Made by a program: the position numbers and the translations under genes. The notes under the pieces were generated by a model. That model made no database searches and was not told the DNA's origin. It was given only the letters and a program-made list of their open reading frames with translations. DNA of 53,301 nt from a virus (Duplodnaviria; Caudoviricetes): IMG/VR virus record IMGVR_UViG_3300043219_000190, positions 1-53,301 of that record; one strand, given 5' to 3'. Of this stretch, positions 47,367-53,301 are shown in pieces (the stretch's first letter is position 1; each line of letters opens with the position of its first letter).

Positions 47367-48634
47367 TGGTTCTCCTTTAATCCCTGTAAAATATGAACTA
47401 TCACTTTAATGTTCCATCCGTTACCAAATTGTTTATATAACTGTGTTTCAGAAACTCCGGCTTTAAGCATTTTATCAATTATATGCTCTGGTATAGTCTG
47501 CAGTCGCCCACATTCTCTTGGAGTGTATCTTCTTATTCTGTATTCGATGGGATCCAGTATTAAATCATATGAATGTTTTTTATTATATGAACTTTTTCCC
47601 CCAACTCTTAAAGTTTTTGATGTTTTATTTATATTGTTTGCCCCCATCTCTTCAGATAATAAAATCATAGAGTCTTTTGAAACGGTTGTTAAGCAATTTG
47701 ACAGGGTAGGCGTTTTACTTATTTCTAACATTTGTTCAGTTTCAAGACCTGATTCTCTTGATTTTGGATTATCTGGATTTCTTCCACGGACTGCACATGT
47801 TGAAATTTTTACATAACCATTTGCGTAACCGTGAGTTCCTGCACATAATGTTTGCGCTTGTTCAGTTTCAGATATAACTTTACTAGCTTGAGTATCTTGA
47901 TTTATATATCCTAAATGTGGTGATTTTTCTATAAATCCTTTTACCATTTCATCAGATAAATAATATTTTTCATCCACAATATCCTCTAAGATATCTTTTA
48001 TTTTTGGCTTTAAATCTTTAGGTTGAGAGATACAATTTCCAAATAAAGTTAATTCACTCCCAGGTATATTAGTCCAATACAATCTTTTTCTGTTTTGTGC
48101 AGAAACTAAGTTGCTATTTATTAGGACTGGCTCAATCCCGGTTGCATCATTAATAACAATATTCCAGTTCTTTTCCATTTTTACATTTTCCAACATAAAA
48201 AATACATCCGGATTATCTACTCTAATTTCCTTCAAGATTCTCATGTACTCCCAGAATAAATAAGAATATCCTTCAAATTGGAAATTTTCGTCTTTTAATA
48301 TTAAATACTGATCCAGTGTAGTAACTAATATATTTTCTATTGTTGTCATTCCGTTACGTTTACCAGCAAAAGAAAATGATTGACATGGGGACCCACCAAT
48401 TAAAGCACCAACTGAACCAACATAAAAAACGCCGTTATCTGTAGTTAAATAACCATCTTTATAGTATATATTTCTAACATCACCCATTTGTATATTATCC
48501 GGATATAAATATTTTTCCATTTTTAAGGCGTGTTTATCTACTTCGCTGGAATAATAACCTTCGTATTTTATACCGGCTTCATCAAATGATATGTTTCCGC
48601 CTGAATGGCCGTTAAATAGGCTTACTATATTCAC
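47363..48634 (-). CDS. C5 cytosine DNA methyltransferase
   Basis: SLFNG, GGSPCQSFS.AG, ENV, QNRKRLYW, TPRECGRLQT, GNGW. Confidence 0.95.
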   Translation of the reverse strand: MNIVSLFNGHSGGNISFDEAGIKYEGYYSSEVDKHALKMEKYLYPDNIQMGDVRNIYYKDGYLTTDNGVFYVGSVGALIGGSPCQSFSFAGKRNGMTTIENILVTTLDQYLILKDENFQFEGYSYLFWEYMRILKEIRVDNPDVFFMLENVKMEKNWNIVINDATGIEPVLINSNLVSAQNRKRLYWTNIPGSELTLFGNCISQPKDLKPKIKDILEDIVDEKYYLSDEMVKGFIEKSPHLGYINQDTQASKVISETEQAQTLCAGTHGYANGYVKISTCAVRGRNPDNPKSRESGLETEQMLEISKTPTLSNCLTTVSKDSMILLSEEMGANNINKTSKTLRVGGKSSYNKKHSYDLILDPIEYRIRRYTPRECGRLQTIPEHIIDKMLKAGVSETQLYKQFGNGWNIKVIVHILQGLKENQ

Positions 48635-48782
48635 TTCAATCTCCTCTCAATCTCCCTTAAATCCCTCTGCACTTCTATCGGTATATTACGATTAAACGAT
48701 AGCTCAAATGTTGTATTTAAGAATCTGGTTTTTAGTTTTTCTGTTATGGTTTTTAGGGTGGTTAGTTTTTGGGTTAACATAA

Positions 48783-48986
48783 CTAACTGCTCCCTGCAAA
48801 TATTTTTTTTATTTCTTTTATTTCATCTTCGTAACATTTTGGAATCCATGCTATAAATTTGTTGCATTTTGCACATCTTAAAGCATATCTTTTTATTTTC
48901 TTATCTGAAAACTCTTCTACAAAATGTTTATTATTACACTTCTTACATGGCATATATTCTTTTTCGTCAATCCAATCTTTCAACAT
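48783..48986 (-). CDS. Zn-ribbon protein
   Basis: CKKC...CAKC.KFIAWIPK. Confidence 0.65.
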   Translation of the reverse strand: MLKDWIDEKEYMPCKKCNNKHFVEEFSDKKIKRYALRCAKCNKFIAWIPKCYEDEIKEIKKIFAGSS

Positions 48987-48995
48987 AATCTCTCC

Positions 48996-51545
48996 TTAAA
49001 ATGGTATATTGTCCGTTATTCCTTTATCTGCTTTTAAATCCGTTATATTTAATTCTATCTGGGTTTTTAATCTAATACCTGTTAAACCTCTTCGCCGTTT
49101 TTTAACATCCATATTGTATTCACCTTTTATAATAACCTCTCTTGATGCAGTCCCAATTGATCTATTATGTTTTTTTACTGAAGTTATTACCCATTTAGAG
49201 GATGCTTTTTTTAATCCTAGGTAATCCTTAAAAGCTTCTGTTATTTCATTTGATGTACAAAATGCATTAGGCTCTATTATACAAACATCATTTATGAATT
49301 TACCAAAATCATCATTATCCTGGATGTAAACATTTTTCTTATCTCTAGCTAATTCACTTTCGAATATTTTCCCTCCACCTTTTTGCAAATCAACATAGAT
49401 GTTTATTAAATGTCTTATTACTCCTGCTTTTTCACTAAATATATCTGCTTTTAATTTATTCTTAGGCTTAGAAATACCAATATGTTCTGGAAGAGTTCCC
49501 TGTGCTAAAAATCGTTGTTTTTCGTTATCATCTCTTGGGAATCTCATAACAAAAGGTAGTACTCTTAATCTTCCAATAAATGCTTCATCTGTAGAATTAA
49601 AGCGGGGTAAATCATTAACTGCCAATATTAATTGCCATGTTGGTTCTATTTCTCTTGATGATTTAAACTTAGGGTTTATTAGAATTGGATCTCCACCCGA
49701 TAGCTTTTTAATTGTTCCAAGTGAAAATTCTGCTGATTGTTCAACCTCTGTTGCCATTGCTGCATATGATCCTGGAAACTTTTCTAAATCAGGTGTTAAT
49801 TCTCCAGAACGTGCATATTTATCTGGTATAAGTAGATTAGAATTATATGTATTAGACTTACCTTTTAATATTTCTAAGATGATATCTATTAATGTACTTT
49901 TACCATTAGAACCTTCACCTTCCCATAATTGGAATATACGTTTTTCAACAGACCCAGAAATACATAACGAAACAAGTTGATTGGCCATTAGTAATGTTTC
50001 GTCGTCTGGAAATGAGTTTTTCATAAATTCTTTAAAATAAACAGGATCTTTAGAGTTTAATATTTCATCTGTAGTATAAGAAACAAAACTTCTTCTATAT
50101 TCGCCTCTATATCCTTTTCTTTTTATTATTTTCCCGTCCCTAAATTCTATTACCCCATCCGTAGTTGTTACAGTTTCCATAATAGCCGTAGGGTCCCAAC
50201 TAACAACATCTTCGCGTATCATTGAATTTAGTTCTGTAATTGTTTTAGATTTCCATGTTGTATCGTTAACACAATTTATTATCTTTAATAATCGGTCGTT
50301 GTTTTCTTTTCCTTCCTCTTGGTTCTGGTAATAAACCTTTGCAACCCTAATCATTATTGTATAAACAATAGAATACATATCTCTTAGGACTTCCCACTTG
50401 TTACCATCAAAATAAAATGTTTCTTTTTCTTGTTTTGAGTAAATAATGTTTCCACTAAATGCTTCAAATAGGATTTTTTTAGCTGAACTATTCCCTTGAA
50501 ATGTGAAAAACTCACTACACTCAGGCAACTCTACAAGATAGTTATAGTCTGGTTCTTTAAATGGTAAATCAGATTCTTTTTCTTCCGAACTTAAAATAGA
50601 GGTTGTTAATGAATCTATTTTAACAACCTGGTTTATTAAATACGGGCTTAAATTTTCTTCTCTTAATAGATTAATAAATGTGCCTGTAGTTATCCCACCT
50701 ACTGAAGATATAGAGCTTATTCTACTCCTTACGCTTCTATCTTGTGAGTAGTTCGGATCATTAGAACTCCAATCATCTAGGATTTCGACTATTTCAACAC
50801 TATCCCCTGCAGTAGAAATTACAGACATAATAAATTCTAACCATCTATCATTTGAATTAAAACTTTCTATTGGCAGCTTATTTAATATTGATTTTAATAA
50901 CTTAGGGGTAATTCTTTTTTTATTACCATATTCTGGATTATCTTGTTTTTTACTAGGCACGGTATTTGTTTTATTTTGTAAATCCAAAATCCATTCTTTT
51001 AATCTATCGGGCATAATCATAGGATCGTCGTTATTTATTGTTAAATACCCAGGTGATCCCGATGCTATAACGTAGCCTTTATTAGTTTTAATATCGATAC
51101 CAATTTCAGAACCGTCTATTTTTAATGTCCCTTGTTTGAATCCATGATCTTTCCCAACATAAAATAATAAATGATATCCACCGCCTGCAGTTTTAACAAA
51201 AGTCGTACTCATTGAAAAGTTAATATTTATATCGAGTTTTTTAATAATCTCTTTAAAACTATCAACCCCATCAGCCTTCCCTTCATGGGTATCTAAATCA
51301 ATAATAACAATATCTTCTGGAATCCACGCACCAATCATGTGACCTGTTTTTTGAAGTGTCTCGGCTTGATCTATGCTAATTTGATTTTCAGATTCTTTCC
51401 AATCTCTGTTAGGTATTTCAATATTATCTTTGCTATACTTTTTTCTACCAATATCTTTTGGAATAAATCCTTTTATTTGTGGGGACTTATCTATTTTACA
51501 TGGATGGAATTTAAATCCATTTTCGTTATATATTTCTAATGACAT
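48996..51545 (-). CDS. Prim-Pol (AEP) + PriCT + D5-like SF3 helicase
   Basis: IDLD, TAGGGYH, GYVIASGS; W.....S PriCT region; GEGSNGKST, SGGD, NDLP; C-terminal DNIPF. Confidence 0.93.
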   Translation of the reverse strand: MSLEIYNENGFKFHPCKIDKSPQIKGFIPKDIGRKKYSKDNIEIPNRDWKESENQISIDQAETLQKTGHMIGAWIPEDIVIIDLDTHEGKADGVDSFKEIIKKLDININFSMSTTFVKTAGGGYHLLFYVGKDHGFKQGTLKIDGSEIGIDIKTNKGYVIASGSPGYLTINNDDPMIMPDRLKEWILDLQNKTNTVPSKKQDNPEYGNKKRITPKLLKSILNKLPIESFNSNDRWLEFIMSVISTAGDSVEIVEILDDWSSNDPNYSQDRSVRSRISSISSVGGITTGTFINLLREENLSPYLINQVVKIDSLTTSILSSEEKESDLPFKEPDYNYLVELPECSEFFTFQGNSSAKKILFEAFSGNIIYSKQEKETFYFDGNKWEVLRDMYSIVYTIMIRVAKVYYQNQEEGKENNDRLLKIINCVNDTTWKSKTITELNSMIREDVVSWDPTAIMETVTTTDGVIEFRDGKIIKRKGYRGEYRRSFVSYTTDEILNSKDPVYFKEFMKNSFPDDETLLMANQLVSLCISGSVEKRIFQLWEGEGSNGKSTLIDIILEILKGKSNTYNSNLLIPDKYARSGELTPDLEKFPGSYAAMATEVEQSAEFSLGTIKKLSGGDPILINPKFKSSREIEPTWQLILAVNDLPRFNSTDEAFIGRLRVLPFVMRFPRDDNEKQRFLAQGTLPEHIGISKPKNKLKADIFSEKAGVIRHLINIYVDLQKGGGKIFESELARDKKNVYIQDNDDFGKFINDVCIIEPNAFCTSNEITEAFKDYLGLKKASSKWVITSVKKHNRSIGTASREVIIKGEYNMDVKKRRRGLTGIRLKTQIELNITDLKADKGITDNIPF

Positions 51546-51556
51546 ATAAGATCCCT

Positions 51557-51703
51557 TTATTTTTTATCAGTTTTATTTAAATGCTCTTTAATAAGATCCT
51601 TTATCTTTTCGGTCATAGATACCCCATCAGTAATACATCTGATTTTAAACTCTCGATGTTCTTCCTTAGTTAAATAATAAGTTCCTTGAATGTTTTCAGC
51701 CAT
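51557..51703 (-). CDS. 48-aa ParG-like ribbon-helix-helix protein, not in ORF track
   Basis: MAENIQGTYYLTKEEHREFKIRCITDGVSMTEKIKDLIKEHL; AAGGAG SD. Confidence 0.75.
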   Translation of the reverse strand: MAENIQGTYYLTKEEHREFKIRCITDGVSMTEKIKDLIKEHLNKTDKK

Positions 51704-51734
51704 TTAATAAGCTCCTTTGCTTTAATATAATACC

Positions 51735-51763
51735 TATAATATACTATATTACTTTAATGTCAA
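51735..51763 (-). promoter_or_regulatory. Main early leftward promoter
   Basis: TTGACA (51763-58), 16 bp, TATTAT. Confidence 0.65.
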
Positions 51764-51899
51764 GATTATTTAATATTATTATATCAGTAAAACATCAATC
51801 CATGTAACGCATTAAATATCTACTATTTAGCTCTAAGTCCATTTAAAGAGGGCAGGGGTCGCAATAAACGCTACTAATAACCATTACTATAGAATGAGT

Positions 51900-52130
51900 T
51901 ACAAATGTACACATAAAAAAAAGCAGTTATCCACAAGGAAGCTATCCGTTACATACAAAGGGGAAACAGAGGTTATCCACAATTTATCCACAAGTTAATG
52001 TACACTTAAAAGTGTAAAACGACTTTCTACCCTATTTATAGTAAAAAGTTTTATTAAAAAAACAGTGTATTTTTTTTAGTTATAAAGGCGACTAACTCAA
52101 AAACACACTTAAAGCGTGTAAGTGTACATT
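51900..52130. other. Candidate replication origin
   Basis: Three perfect TTATCCACA boxes (51927, 51973, 51984), inverted 12-mer AATGTACACTTA, AT-rich stretch, next to primase-helicase. Confidence 0.7.
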
Positions 52131-52263
52131 GCTATTATCTACTCATTATCATAACGGTCACTTTCACCCCAATAAACCCACAAAAACCAATCAATCAAAC
52201 ATATCCAGTTAATAATCTATTGCATATCATAATGTAGGGGTAAAAATGACTATTAAAAGCTAA

Positions 52264-52292
52264 TTGAATAACTCCTTAATAAATGATATTAT
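52264..52292 (+). promoter_or_regulatory. Promoter of GIY-YIG gene
   Basis: TTGAAT, 17 bp, TGa-TATTAT. Confidence 0.65.
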
Positions 52293-52358
52293 TATCACAT
52301 AGGGAAAGTGACCACGAATCATTAGTACCTAATCTTAATACTTTCGTGGAGTATTTAA

Positions 52359-53231
52359 ATGTCTATACATTATATTTATATTACAACTAATCTTATTAAT
52401 AATAAAAAATACTTAGGTCAAAGAAAGTCTCAAAATACCAATATAAATAAAGATTACTATTTAGGTAGTGGCACTATGCTATTGTTAGCTATTAAAAAAT
52501 ACGGTAAAAACAACTTTTCTAAAGAGATTATATTTACTTGCGATAATAGAAAAGAAATAGATCTAGCTGAAATTAAATATATCAAAGAATATAATTGTTT
52601 AAACAATAAAGACTATTGGTATAATTTATCTCCAGGCGGTCAAAATTGGCGTAAAGATCATTCTAATTATGTTAGTGAGGTTATGAAAAGTTATTATAGT
52701 AATCCTGTTAATAAGGCTAATCTATTAAAGGCAACAGCAAAAAAGTTTGGATTTAATACTTATGATGAATACCTTATTGATAAAGAAAATAAAGAGATAG
52801 ATAGAAAACGGTTATCAAAGCTTATTAGAATTAAAAAACAACAGGTCATGGTATTAAAACAAAACGATATTAAAAGATATAAGAATAGCTCTGAATATAA
52901 AGCATTAGCAAAAAATAAAAGAGTTACAGCAAGTAGAAACACCTTAAGCAACGCTCAATCAAGAATTAGTCACAAACAGAAATTAGATAAAGACAATGTA
53001 ATTAAAATGAGAAAACATAACAATCCGCTATACAATTTCCTTCTTAATAATAACCTTTATCCATTTAAAGAGAACATAAAAGACATATATTTCTTAGCCT
53101 CATACAGAACAAAGAGAATAAAAGACATCAACAGAGTCAATGATAAGCTCCTTATTTTAGCAACAGAACTAAAAGAAAGACATGATATCATACTTGATGT
53201 TAATTTATTCCTAATATTATACGGAAACTAA
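52359..53231 (+). CDS. Free-standing GIY-YIG (Seg-like) homing endonuclease
   Basis: YIYITTNLINNKKYLGQ, YLGSG, AIKKYG..NF.KEII, E..YI, YN. Confidence 0.92.
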   Translation: MSIHYIYITTNLINNKKYLGQRKSQNTNINKDYYLGSGTMLLLAIKKYGKNNFSKEIIFTCDNRKEIDLAEIKYIKEYNCLNNKDYWYNLSPGGQNWRKDHSNYVSEVMKSYYSNPVNKANLLKATAKKFGFNTYDEYLIDKENKEIDRKRLSKLIRIKKQQVMVLKQNDIKRYKNSSEYKALAKNKRVTASRNTLSNAQSRISHKQKLDKDNVIKMRKHNNPLYNFLLNNNLYPFKENIKDIYFLASYRTKRIKDINRVNDKLLILATELKERHDIILDVNLFLILYGN

Positions 53232-53286
53232 TAAATAAAACCAAATAAAGTTTTTAGGTACTCCTATCTAAACGAAGAAAAGAAGT

Positions 53287-53301
53287 GGTCTATTTGCGAG
53301 G
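53287..53301. repeat. Right copy of 15-bp terminal repeat
   Basis: Identical to 1-15. Confidence 0.95.

Noticed and set aside
1-53301. Alternative genetic code or introns/inteins
   Set aside because: Core genes are full length under the standard code, use all three stops and show no large insertions

Overview
Apparently complete 53.3-kb AT-rich tailed-phage genome with a 15-bp direct terminal repeat next to terS. It has a lambda-like head module (terS, GpA-type terL, gpW, portal, S49 protease/scaffold, decoration protein, major capsid) and a Mu-like contractile tail. A minus-strand early arm carries Prim-Pol/D5 primase-helicase, two DNA methyltransferases, SSB, a YqaJ exonuclease with a Gp3-like protein, VRR-NUC and an SF2 helicase. 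A DnaA-box origin candidate and a free-standing GIY-YIG endonuclease close the genome. No integrase, CRISPR array, reverse transcriptase or tRNA was recognised. Lipoprotein signal peptides weakly suggest a diderm, possibly spirochaete, host (inference). The main unusual feature is architecture: the normally contiguous Mu-type tail/baseplate operon is broken up and scattered over both strands. Several fragments restart from a repeated divergent promoter module. One side drives a cassette of unrelated small cargo genes; the other is an extended -10 promoter placed to make a leaderless mRNA for the structural gene. Other highlights are a membrane-anchored LuxR-type regulator and a possible attenuator ahead of the lysis genes, a circularly permuted M23 endolysin, and a dual-frame spanin-like pair without a lipobox. 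All family assignments come from motif recognition by eye, not database searches.
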